A DNA stretch of 63,037 bases, the filler included, from Sphacelaria rigidula (lineage: Eukaryota): assembly GCA_964200075.2 (NCBI GenBank). It is 11 parts of 11 records of this genome, joined end to end, with 100 filler letters (N's around TTAATTAATTAA, not from the genome) between each part and the next. Parts side by side here need not be neighbours in the genome. Positions count along the whole stretch, not along the records: positions 51,660 to 57,298 come from CAXNAA020025655.1; positions 57,399 to 63,037 come from CAXNAA020025656.1; 9 more parts are not named here. The stretch is one strand, 5' to 3'. Below the pieces are notes generated by a model, which was not told where the DNA came from, searched no databases, and was given only the letters and a program-made list of their open reading frames with translations. Shown one piece after another: positions 51,560 through 63,037 of this stretch. The first letter of the stretch is position 1; every line of letters begins with the position of its first letter. A program made the position numbers and the translations under genes.

Positions 51560-52383
51560 NNNNNNNNNNNNNNNNNNNNNNNNNNNNNNNNNNNNNNNNN
51601 NNNTTAATTAATTAANNNNNNNNNNNNNNNNNNNNNNNNNNNNNNNNNNNNNNNNNNNNTGTAGGAATGAGTGCTGACTTGATATATATACAGATGACAG
51701 TATAGGCGACCCCCCCCCCCCTCAGAAGGTCGAAAATAAAAAAATGGGAGTGTGGGTCCAGGAATACTTTTTTGTGCCCTCCTGGATTGAGGACTATTTT
51801 TGCAAGATTTGGGCGAACGCACGGGCTCAGGAGTGCGCCTGCGGACGGACACCCGGGAGGGTTAATTTCACTCGAACCGGCCTCCTGAGAAGAAATATTT
51901 AATTTCGCGAAAAAAATCCTTTAGGCAGAACAGTTTCCCAAGTATCGCGGGGATGATGAACTCGGCGTCCCCGGGTCCAAGCCGACGTTACTTTTGACGC
52001 AGTTTACAGTCTCTCCACGGAAGATACAGCACACACCCTACCCCACCCTCGGTTCCCCCTAACCCCGGCACTCTGTGTGAGCTGGCAATTGCTGAACTAG
52101 CGTCGCTGTGCAATAGTGTACTTCGCCCTGCGATTTCCCGGAGAACCCGCGTCTGAGCTGACCACAACGACACCGACGGGTTCCACTTGTCTCGACCCCA
52201 AACCTTTGACACTGTTGACTCCGTTACCTTCGTATACAGTACAGTTATCGTTCCGCGTGTGCTACAATAGACGAATATCCTATACGTCGCCGGTTTGTGC
52301 TGCACCGTTCTGCAGAAAGATCCACCCCCACTCGCCAACCGTTGTCACCCCGTCCTCGATATTTCGTGTGACTCAATGTGCAG

Positions 52384-54385
52384 ACCAGCCGCGGCGGTGA
52401 CAACGGACGGGAAGACGGAAAACTGGCTAAAACTCGCCACTGCCCGTCCTACCCCGCCCCCGAGCGATCTCCGAACTTCGTCATGCCCCGGCCATTATCG
52501 TGGGAACGACACTGGAGCGCCAGCAATGCCACACGCGATCACGGCTACGGTCACGGTCGGAACGATTGGCATCGCTACCGACCACCCGTCGACATCAACG
52601 ATAGATCCTCGTATCACGTTGTCGATTCAAAATCCGACCCGCACGAGTTATACCCTAGGTACGACCGATATAACGCCGGCCGCGGCGAGGTAGCTCATGT
52701 GGAGGAACACCCGCCCCCCCGTCCCTATCAACGTTCTCATCCCGCCTGGGGCAACCATCACATTACACTCCAACGGTACGCCCCCGAACGATCACCCTCT
52801 TGGACACGCGGCGAGCGCAACAGCACGAGCGAAGGTGATTGCACCCGGCGCCCCTCTCCCCAGTGCTCCCCCGCTCCACCTCGAACAGTGGAAGAAGACC
52901 GAATCGCACGGGGACCTAGAGGCGGGCCTCGCTCCCCGGGGCACGATACCGGCAAGCCCTACGAGCTCGAATTCCCGCGACAAGAGCCGAACGCAGCACG
53001 CGGCGGCCTCGGTAATCGTGGGGAGATCGATGAGCGCAGGCCGCCGCCCGTCGTGCCGCCGTCTAGGCCAGATGCGTCCTCCCGGTCCATTTCTGATGAC
53101 ACAGCAGCGGCTAGGGTGTTGCCTCCGGCTTCCGCCACCCCCACTGCCGGCACAAGTGGCCAGCGGACGCTTTCACCCGCCATGTCCGGGTCTTCAATGC
53201 ACCCTGCCTCACTTGCCCCAGGTCACAGTGAGACGCCGCGGCATTTCTTGCGAGACGTGACACCGGGGACGCAGCACGCTCGCGTCGACCCGTCGCTTGC
53301 GAGGCAGTCGTCCTGTTGGACCGCCGACCGTGTGTTTCAGCGCCAGAGCTTCGGCCACGGCGGTGGAGGCAGCGACTGCCGTAAAGTGACATATGGTGGG
53401 TCAGCAGAGCGAGGTGCACGGGACGCAGACGGCGTTGGTCGTGGGACGGTGACGAGCTCGCAGACGGTGGCGAGGTTTGTCGACGACCTGTTGGGCAGGT
53501 ATCACGGACGGATGGACGAGCTGATGGCGGACCCTGAAATGCGGGCCGAGATTGATGCCGTTTTCCCTGGCATTGAGGAGCCGGAGTTCGTGGCTATGAT
53601 CGAGCACTTTATGAAACTCCAGGTACATTTCTCCACTACTTGAGTTTGTCCTTGGATGGAACCCTATGGCAGGGTTGCCATACTGTAGCGGACACTGATT
53701 ACATGATCAGTTTCGCAGCATGCGTTTACTGTTGCGAAATCTCCCAACTCCAAAAATCGCAGAAATTACTTGCACATTCAGAGACGAACTAACTTGCTTC
53801 TGCCGTGCACCGTCTCCACCCGTGTCTTGCCTCAAGCAGAAGGCGAACTCGTCGGGCCGCGGTGGCTACCACGAAGCTCGACCTGGCTATCGTGCCGCTG
53901 ACGAGGACTATCGCAGGGACAGAGAGACATCCGTTTACCCTCGCGGAGACGGCTCCTACTATGATCAGCCGGAGTATGAGCTGTATCCCGCGGCCCTGAA
54001 GAGGCGCGCAGGGGCGATTGACTCGCCAATGTACGCGGGGAAGCGTGCGCGTACTTACTCCGGCGACAGGAGCGACGGTTTTGCGACGGCGGGGGACATC
54101 ACGAACAGGGGAAACTCTGAAAGTTTGGGTCTCCGCACCGGCAGCGGCGGTATCGCAGGTCGGGAGTATTGTGACGCTCGTGAAATCGGGTTTCGGGACG
54201 CCCTTGCTCTGTCTTCGCAAGTGGTGAATGGCGCGTACAGACGCCGAGAACCTAGACACAACGGCAGCCAGGTTCATGCCGGCCGGGATTCTGAGGAGCG
54301 GAGCAGACCCGTGCAATCGGAAGGTGATCAAGGACGGGAGGTTGCGCGGGACGGGACGGGGGTGTTCGTGAAGCGCGTGCCCACG

Positions 54386-54424
<39 letters not shown>

Positions 54425-57177
54425 CAACCGGGTTACTCTCGCTCTCACGGCACGAACGACGCAGACCGCGACCCCCGCGAGCGAGGACAGGGTGATGACA
54501 ACGTCAAGTCTACCTCGGCCGTCGCAGTCACCCCCGAAGCAGTCGCTCTGCCTGTGCAGCCCGGTACAATTGTTCCTTCCGCAAAAGACCGAGAAAAGCA
54601 GCACGACCAGAGTGACAGCGGAGGCGGTATGCAGGGACCCCGTTCATCCCACTCAGACGCGTTGGGCGATCACGCGGAAACCGAAGAGTCCAATCCCAGA
54701 GGTGGGAGAGCATCGGGAAGCCCCTGTTCGACTCCCCGTCGGGAGGCCACCGAATCTGGTTCTCCTGCTTTGGGCCGAGGCGGTAGTCCAACAAACGACA
54801 GGTCGCCATCTCCGTCCGGGGCGAACGACGAAGCCGTGAGTGGTCGCCCTGGGGACGAACAGTCTCCGCGTGAAGCTACCGACCAATCCCAAACAACCGA
54901 TAAAGAGCAATCGAATTCGTGTCGAGGCCAACTGGAGGAGTTCGCGTCGGTGAGAGGGTTCGGGGAGGTCGTGAAGGATAAGTCTGGTTTCAGTCATCTC
55001 TACATTCCCGAGATACCCCCCGTCGTGCCTCGCCGACCTCCGAGCAAGGGTAACAAACGGGAAACGTTGTCGGACATCGCTCAGCGCATCCCAGTGGACG
55101 TCATGCGGCCGTACTTCAACTATCCCCTTCGAACTGCCGCTGAGGTGAACATGATATCTTTGAGGAAGGGTAACACTCGGTTGGGCTATCGGTGGGAGTG
55201 TAGGTTGAGAGGGCTCGAGCAAAAAGACTAGGCCCATATTTTAATCTTCAGAAGAGTTACGTTGTTCTTTATAGTCCTTGATACTCCAGACTCCGTCCCG
55301 AGGAAAGGGATGGGTTGAAACGTACAGCGGAAAAAAATAGGAAACAGGAAAACCCAAGTGTGTTACGGATAGCCGGCTCCCTGTAACTGTTTTCATATAT
55401 ATATACATTGTTCCCCTCTTTTTTGACCAGGCCATGAACATCTCTGTCACGACTCTGAAACGGCTGTGCCGTCGGCATGGAGTGAGGCGCTGGCCACACC
55501 GGCAAATCAGTGGCATCAACCGAGCCATGGCGCACTTGGAGTTTCAGCAGCAGCACGAGGCCAAGGTTTTGGGCGCAAACAACAGCAAACGACGAGATCC
55601 CCAAATAACAAGCCAGATGCAAGAATTGCTTCGCAGGCGACACGTCATGATAGAGGTGAAATAAATGCCTTGGGATTGTTGACAACGGGGGGTCCACCAC
55701 CTTGAATTTCCATTTCTTAAAATCATCACCGCCATAAGCGTTGGATGTTTAGTCGAGACCGATGAGGTTGTATACGTCGCCCAAGTGACACGTTTGTTGG
55801 CCTCCAGCAAAGCAATTTACTCTGTCGTTGATTGGTCCACCTTCCAGGGATGGAGAGGGGAGGATGGGGGGGCGTACTCATTTTGTTGCCTGCCACCGCC
55901 GTTTGACCATTGACCACGCACCCCTTTCGAGACGGAGCAGGGACCGGCGGGGGGGTATCGTACGCACAGCCGACCACGCGCGTGTTGTTGTCGATCCGGG
56001 GTTCACGGACGTGTGTAGGGACGTCATCAGCTCGCAGTACCCCTAGTTGATTGACTTTGGGTATCCAACACATACACACACATCCACGGAGGAACATCAG
56101 ACAGTGAAAGGCTGACTAGAACTGAAAGATCGTTCGACCAAATGCGTACACGAGCCCAATATTTTGAACGTAATGCTTGATTTGGGCATACGGAATGGAC
56201 GAAGCTCCCGCCCTAAGTCGCTCACCAACTATTTTCCCCTTTCGTTCCCTCCTACTGCAACTTCCCAGCACGCCTTCAAGGGCGATGACGGAAGTCGCCA
56301 GGGTGGATTTGACAGCGATGACGAAAATATGGATGCCGAGGGCTTTTACAACGACCGCCGCACGACTAGCGGCGGTGGCGGCGGTGGTGGAGGCCACCAA
56401 TCGCCAGCGAAGCACGACACATTTCCCCCCGCTCACAACCCTCACCATAACCACGCACGACCCTATGTTTACGAGGTTGGGGACGACCGACCACACCCCG
56501 CCGGTGGCAACAGCCGCCACGGCGAAGATCACGCCCATCTTCGTCACACCGCCGACATCATCGATGCAACCGGCGGTGGCCGCTCCCCCCCCCGCCCCAC
56601 CCCAGACGGCAGCGACGGTGGACGATCTGCCCCTCAGCCATCGAAGACGCCTCCGATGAGGTCCACTCCGTCGCCACTCTCTCCATCTTGTGCGGCGGAA
56701 GCGCCGGCAGCGGTGCAGCAGGGACACATTAAAATCGTGAGAGCTAAACAGGAACCCGCGGAACAAGTACGTGACAGAGATTGGTCATCGGCGCCGGTGC
56801 GGGCGTCTGTCCCGTCGCCGCCGAGCACGCAGCAGCCCCGTTCGCATTCACCAGTCGAGGCGCTGCCGGCGCTTCCGCCGCGTCCCCCACGGTCTCCGTT
56901 GACCTGTGGGCTGTCTTGGCGCGAGCAGGGGCGGGCTGGGGGCGGTGGACAAGCGGTTGCGGCGGCAGCCGCGGAGGCCTGTGATCCACAGCAGCGAGAA
57001 CGAAGTCGTGGTGGTGTCCGACACCCGCGTTGGACAAACGGCGGTAAGGATGGCCGTGATGTTGACATGGTTGCAGCGGCTTCGCGCGCTGAGTCTTCTC
57101 CAGGTCGCCGGCCGGAGATCACCGACTTTACTAGGTTGACTACGCAGCAACCGGAAGTACTCTCGCGTTCCGGATGA
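52384..57177 (+). CDS. RWP-RK domain transcription factor; exons 52384-53622, 53840-55144, 55431-55655, 56269-57177 (start codon uncertain)
   Basis: The spliced domain reads IPVDVMRPYFNYPLRTAAE|AMNISVTTLKRLCRRHGVRRWPHRQI. All introns are phase 0 with GT/CAG borders. About 1225 aa, mostly low complexity, with a polyQ tract near 54391. Confidence 0.9.
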
Positions 57178-59745
57178 AGAGTGCGTGTGGGGGGCTGTCC
57201 GTTTTTTACTCCTGGACTTCGATGAAAGGGCGCAGGCAGCAATACCAGAGAAAGGGGGCGTAGTTCTCTGGGCGGCGAAGGGAGGGGGGTTGGCGGGGNN
57301 NNNNNNNNNNNNNNNNNNNNNNNNNNNNNNNNNNNNNNNNNNTTAATTAATTAANNNNNNNNNNNNNNNNNNNNNNNNNNNNNNNNNNNNNNNNNNNNCA
57401 ACAACCGCCCCCGCGCGCGCGCGGCGGGGGCCGCGCCCGGCCTTTTCCTCTATTGCCACATACATTTCTTTTGCCCCCCCCCCCCCCCCCCCTGACCCTG
57501 ACCGCACCCAACGCCGTGGGGATGCGAGGCCAATGGCCATATCATGACTATGGCATGCAAAATTATGAGTACACCCCCCACCCACCCACCCACCGCCGCT
57601 CCTAAGAAGTAAACATTCGCAATTACGATATAATTCGAACATGCAGCGCCAATGAGTGCGATTCAAGTGTGCTGCAGACTGGGTTACTAGAACAAGTCAT
57701 CAGCAGCGAGCAAAAAAAAACTTCATGTTGGCCCTTCTCGTCTCGCACTTCCTTTCCCCACAACAAAATAAAGTGAAGTACCAGACCGGATCGGGCCGAA
57801 GCAAACCGAAGCGAACAGTAATGAACAGTAACCAAGCGAATCCCCACGTCAGAATCCCCCCACTTTCAATCTAAAAATCCACAAAATTCATTGCTGCTCA
57901 TTCCATCCTTTACTGCAGATCGTGCCACAGAACAATGCTCCACGCACTCCCACCACACCCGCCTCCCTTTTGGATGGAGTAAACTGGGTCGAGGAAACTA
58001 ATTGACAAGTACAGCTTTCCCCCCAACCCCACCCCCTTCAAATATTTCCTAATAATGGTGGGCATGAAATTTATCCTTAACCCCGCTCCCCCTCCTGCCC
58101 CCCGCCCCACGCTTCACAACGCTTTCCTGACGAAACGCGATCACAGTTTTCACGATCTCAAGAAGCTTCTGCTGTTGAAGATGTCTGGAAGCGGTATGCG
58201 TACAAGAAATCGCAGAGGAAGGAACGAGGGGGAGGTGGGGGAGGGAGTCACCAAACAGGAGACAGGATACTGTTGAGATGCGAAGGGTTGTGGTTGACGT
58301 GCATGGCGTAAGTGTAGAGACCAATTAGCCAAATCGTAGAAGCTCGACGCAAGTTGGCGGACTGCGGGGGTGTCGATACCAAAAAGGCAAGTACAGTACC
58401 GGAGAAAAGACTGGTCGATCCCTTGGGAGTATGTACTCCCGAGGGAAAGAGGGGGTTCAAATGTCGAGAAAATAAACGGTCACGTAACACGGATCACCTG
58501 ATTTGCCATGTGTATATCAATATGCTCAGGCGCGAGGGGTGGCATAATCACTCAGCTTAGCCCCTCCCCCCCCTCGCCCCCATGCTCCGTCTCGATAGGG
58601 ATGCGTGGTCAATAGTCACACGACTAAGGCAAGCAACAAATGAGTACGCCCCCCCCCCGTTTTCATGATCCTGCATGCTGTAGTCATAAGACCATTGACC
58701 TCACACCCCTACAAAGCCGGGACGGAGCACGAAAGGTTTTCGCTGGATCAGGCTGGCAGTCACCAAGCGCCAAGCGCCGTAATATGCTCGGCGAGTGTTA
58801 CGAGGGCTGATCTGTATCCTGCTAAGATTGTTCGGCGCGAACAGCTTCGAATGAGTTGCTCCACATTGTGGTCCCACCACTTCACAGGCAGCCACGGGTT
58901 ACACTGCCTCACGGGTGTCTCACCATCGAAACACCATGTAGTAATCATCTCTTTGCGGGGAGTTGAGGTTCTCCCACCCAGCACAAAATGATCTAACTTG
59001 ACCACAATCATGGTTACTTCAAAAAACGCAAGCCAGAAACAAAACGGTAACCTGGTGACCTACCTAACGCAGTGAGAGGCATGTTTTACAGCGTCGTCAC
59101 CAACCGACCCCAACCCTCAAATGGAACCAAGTGCTCCGTCTCGAAAGGTATTGGTCAATGGCCAAATGACCAAGGCAGGCAACAAATGTGTGCGCCCCCC
59201 GCCACACACCCCACGCCAGCTTTGGCCTTACAGAAAATGTGCAAGTGTCCAAAAATCGCCACTAAAGCAGTATGAAGGCCTCTGCAAGCCGCTCATGAAC
59301 TGCATGAGTGTTCCAACGCACACAAACAAGTGTTTCAGTGAGCTGATCTTCTCCTACACACCCGCGATAGAGTGCGGCGCGGTGTTCCAGGAATCCCAAT
59401 GACTCAGCCGTCTCACTGGCGTATCATATTATGAGTATATGCAAAAAGGGGCATGTTTGGCGATTTGAGGAACAAAGCAGGGTTGTGCGATTTTCGGTTC
59501 GGGGGCGCAGCAGTGCACACGGTTGGGCACCTCGAGAACACGTTCCAGCGCCTCAGCCCCACGCCCAACGTGCTTGGGAAACATGACCAACCGTTTTGTT
59601 ACACATGGCAACAGGCTCAACTAGGGCACGGAAAAGGAGACCTATCAGAGACCCTGATTGTGTCAAACCAGCAGGGCACACCCCACTCAGAGCTGAATAT
59701 TTGTTCTATACCCGTTATTTGTTCGTTTACATACCCTCTTTCTTA

Positions 59746-60833
59746 TGCTCACGTACATACCCGTTTCGTTTAATTGTGATCCTACCGCGGGCTCTGCAGG
59801 GGGTACGCCGGTTACAAACGTACCCTATTTTGTCAAATTAAACATCGTAAAAAGGCCTAGAAGCTCAACGACTAAGAAATTGTAACCTGCTGCTGGTTGC
59901 CTCGCAGACCCGAAAGATCTGACGATGGGTGCAGAGCGCGAACGCTTGTGTGAAGGAGATAACAAGTCTTGCCGACGCGCACACACGCGCATGCCATCAT
60001 GTGCGTCATTATGTGGAATATCGGAGCGTAGCGGGCTCTTCCGTTTGAGGGTCCGGGTGGATCGTTACCAACCGGATTGCAGTAAAGCACGAATCAGATT
60101 ACGCATGATCGGATGTACTGCTGAGGAAGTGTGACACGAAAACTTGAGATCCTCGACGAGACCAAAGCGCAAGGCGCCACAACGCCGTTAACTGATGTTA
60201 GTGCTCCCCACGACCGATGTTGTGCAGAAGGGCGGCAGCACCACCAGCTCTTGATCAGACCGCAAAATTGTTCACCTCGGTCTACCCCCCACAAGACAAG
60301 AGATCCACAGATGGCCGCTGGTACACGTAGCGCGCATTTTATAGCATCTACAAGTCATAGTACGTGATGGATGGGTTGTGATCACACGTATTTGTGCGTC
60401 GTGTAAACACTGCAAGCTGGACTGTATCGTCGCGAAGTGTATTGCGACCCGGCCCACCCTATACGCATGGTTTTGAAACGCCTGACAGCACCAACCCAAG
60501 GCCTACCGAGCACTCTCAGGGGGGCAATCCTCCACATGATTGGGCACATGATGACAGTGCGGCCGTGTGTGTGCCGGCAAGACTTTTCAGACAAGTTTAG
60601 ACCTTCCTCGTCTTCCGCGTACAAGCGTTGGCGCTCTGCATGCATCGTCAGATCTCTTGGGTCTACCGGCCGACCAGCAGCAGGCTACAATTTCTTGATC
60701 GTTGGGCTTCTCAGCCTTTTGGACGATGCGTAATTCGACAAAACAGGGTTTGTTCATGGCTGTTCGGCGCATCCTCTGCAGAGCCCGCGACCGTATCACT
60801 CCACAGAAGCAGAAAAGGGTATGTACGTGAGCA
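59746..60833. mobile_element. ~1.1-kb foldback element with ~280-300-bp diverged TIRs
   Basis: 59746-60020 is the reverse complement of ~60530-60833 (blocks GCTCACGTACATACCC, CGCGGGCTCTGCAG, AAGAAATTGTA.CCTGCTGCTGG, AGATCTGACGATG). Confidence 0.8.
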
Positions 60834-61192
60834 AATGGTTCTGCGTTGCCCCCTGGTGTGTGTTTGTACCTGCTCTGCTGTTCTGAATCCTTTGGGTTTC
60901 ATCACTTTTCAAGTTCCCTTCTTCTCTACTATCCATTTCCCCATGTTTCCCTTTATATATGTTTATTCCTGCCGGGGTATGCCAGAGCAGTTCGGTGCTC
61001 CGCTTCCGTAGGGTCCTATACCCACCAAATGAGATCGTAGTAGATGACCCGCAGTCTCTTCCAACGGAGTTACGTTTCCTGCGATTCGGTATGTGTGATT
61101 TCTGCGCAAAATCACTTGCACCGAAGCTATGTAGCAGAGGCCGGCTATTTCAATATATTTTTGTGTTTCCCTTCTCTTTATTTCTTACTCTG

Positions 61193-61344
61193 CGAGCTGG
61201 GCCAGCCGTAAAACGTACAAACGCACGTCACACAACAACTTGTCAAGTCTCCTTATTTAGGCTGATTTGCGTATCGCTGTGAACTGCAGACCAACGTGGT
61301 CATGCACGCTATTCCCCTAAAAACAAATGAAAAAAATATAGTGC

Positions 61345-61381
<37 letters not shown>

Positions 61382-61794
61382 TCAAGGACGGAACGAATCA
61401 AAAGAGGGTACGTTGGGATTCGAACTCGTGACCTCCATAACTGGGGTCTCCTTCATCACTTGGATCACACGGGTGCAGCGGTGTAAAACAAAAAGTGCCC
61501 AGCTGGGCCCAATTTGAGGAGTTTTCGGCCGAATTTTAACAATGATCTGCTGCACGCAAGTACGTACAACGTTTCTGGAGATGCCGCCGTTTCTCATTAC
61601 TTTCACGGGGTCATGACACTTTTCAGTTTTTGCTGAAATTTCACATCGCTTCAACTTTCTTTTTATTCTCTTGGATCCCGAGAAATGTTGCACGTGTTGA
61701 TGAAAATGTATCAACATTTCAGCATCCAACTCCCAAAATGTAGCACCGCCGGACGTGAAAACATTCAAGAACCCCTATTAGCTGGCCAAGCTCG
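61193..61794. mobile_element. MITE with CGAGCTGGGCCAGC TIRs containing a SINE-like insert
   Basis: CGAGCTGGGCCAGC...GCTGGCCAAGCTCG|TA. A minus-strand A/B-box head lies at 61415-61470, next to (TA)n. Confidence 0.6.
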
Positions 61795-62791
61795 TACTCT
61801 GTTGGTCTGTTCTACACTTTTCGTTTTTCCTTCATTCCCTTCAGCGAGTGTTTCAATTTTGTTTTTTGTCGCGGATACGTCAATCATGCGGATAATAACC
61901 ACGGCTGGATCATGACTCCTGGGGGATTTGTTAAAGTGCGACAAACAATCAAATAGATATTAAGTACATGAAAAACAAAAACGGGTATGATATCAGTTCA
62001 AGCTGAGAGTCGGGTGTACCCTGCTAAAAAAATTTACAAAATCGGGTGCTCCAACAGACTCTCCATTTTCGCGCCCTAGTCAAGCCTCTTCCCACGTGCC
62101 AAATAAAAAAGGTTGGGTATGCTGCCCAAGCACGTTGGGCGTGGGGCTGAGGCACTCGAACGTGTTTCGAGGTTCTCAACTCGCGTGCAGCACCGTCCGC
62201 CGAACCGAAAACTGAACGTCCCTTTTTCGCTCCCACAACCACCGGGTACACCCTATTTTGTCCATCAGCCCTTTTTTTTCATCACTACTCAATTCGACCT
62301 TTCTGACTCGCATTCAACTCGTGCTGAAACCTCGAAAACAGGGTCAATCCTTGTTCCAACTCCAGGGCCATACTTTCAAGACGGCTTCATTCTTGAAAGT
62401 TTGATCACGTCCGGATTCAAAGTACCCCCCCCCGGGGGCACCGGATTTAGGCTTGTAGAAGCACTTTGCGTGGGGTGCCGAGTCTGAATATTTACCACCC
62501 CTCGTCAGACGTCGAATGATCTTTACTTTTGAGTGACTCCCATAACAAAAGCTAATTTGTGCAGCAAAATGAACGATTGAAAAAATCTTGATGAAAAAGC
62601 TGGATATTATCCTTGTGCATGCAAACATTGGTGTATTGTAATGTATTGTAATAACCTGTTTAAGTAAATTCGACTGCATACATGGTTTGCGGAGTCTTCC
62701 AACTCTAGTACAGTATCGCGTATCTTGATACATTTTAGCACTGAAGGTCAGTGTGTCTGAATGTTACCACGAATGTTGGAGGATGACTCAC

Positions 62792-62947
62792 ATCGAGGGG
62801 GTCGTTCTTGAGCTGGATGAGGATGGACGTCATGCGACCCTTGTCATGGAAGTCCTCTGTAACCTCTGCTTGAGTGTCCACCAAACTCACCACTCGCTCC
62901 CAAGGGTTTTCGCTCTCCAACTCTCCCTCCAGTTGCTCAAGGAAAAC
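62792..62947 (-). CDS. CLC: Clathrin light chain, C-terminal exon
   Basis: ENPWERVVSLVD...RMTSILIQLKNDP is the conserved light-chain C-terminus. It has a TTTTCAG acceptor and GTGAGT donor, 156 nt. Confidence 0.88.
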
Positions 62948-63037
62948 CTGAAAAAAAAAGAGCGCGCACACACAGGGGGGACGTACTCATTTGTTACTTG
63001 CCTTAGTCGTGTTACCATTGACCACGCATCCCTTTCG

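Noticed and set aside
17736..62947. Vesicle-coat gene cluster (delta-COP plus clathrin light chain)
   Set aside because: The genes are on different contigs that were joined artificially.

Overview
This window is not one locus. It is 11 unrelated contigs of about 5.64 kb (5640 bp, then 5639 bp), joined by 100-nt N spacers that carry a TTAATTAATTAA six-frame-stop linker, so nothing can be inferred across spacers. The DNA is intron-rich and repeat-rich eukaryotic sequence, most consistent with a brown alga (Phaeophyceae, stramenopile); this host call is an inference from gene structure and repeat style. Spliced host genes reconstructed with frame-consistent exons are: the 3' part of a CAMKK/GRIK-like kinase with a ~405-aa insertion inside the kinase C-lobe, the 3' end of a PRP38B/SRL1-like splicing factor, three exons of delta-COP (one GC-AG intron), a ~1225-aa RWP-RK transcription factor, and one clathrin light chain exon. 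There is also a signal-peptide first exon and a weak membrane-protein candidate. The rest is a dense set of transposons: two decayed LINEs whose 3' ends explain many short repeats, a gag-like ORF interrupted by a MITE, Tc1/mariner-, PIF/Harbinger- and hAT-like MITEs (some nested), foldbacks, tRNA-derived SINE heads and a solo LTR. I found no CRISPR array, rRNA or intact tRNA, and no convincing multi-gene novel system. The most unusual items are the split kinase domain, the RWP-RK protein, an unclassified 250-bp MITE family and near-perfect intronic hairpins.
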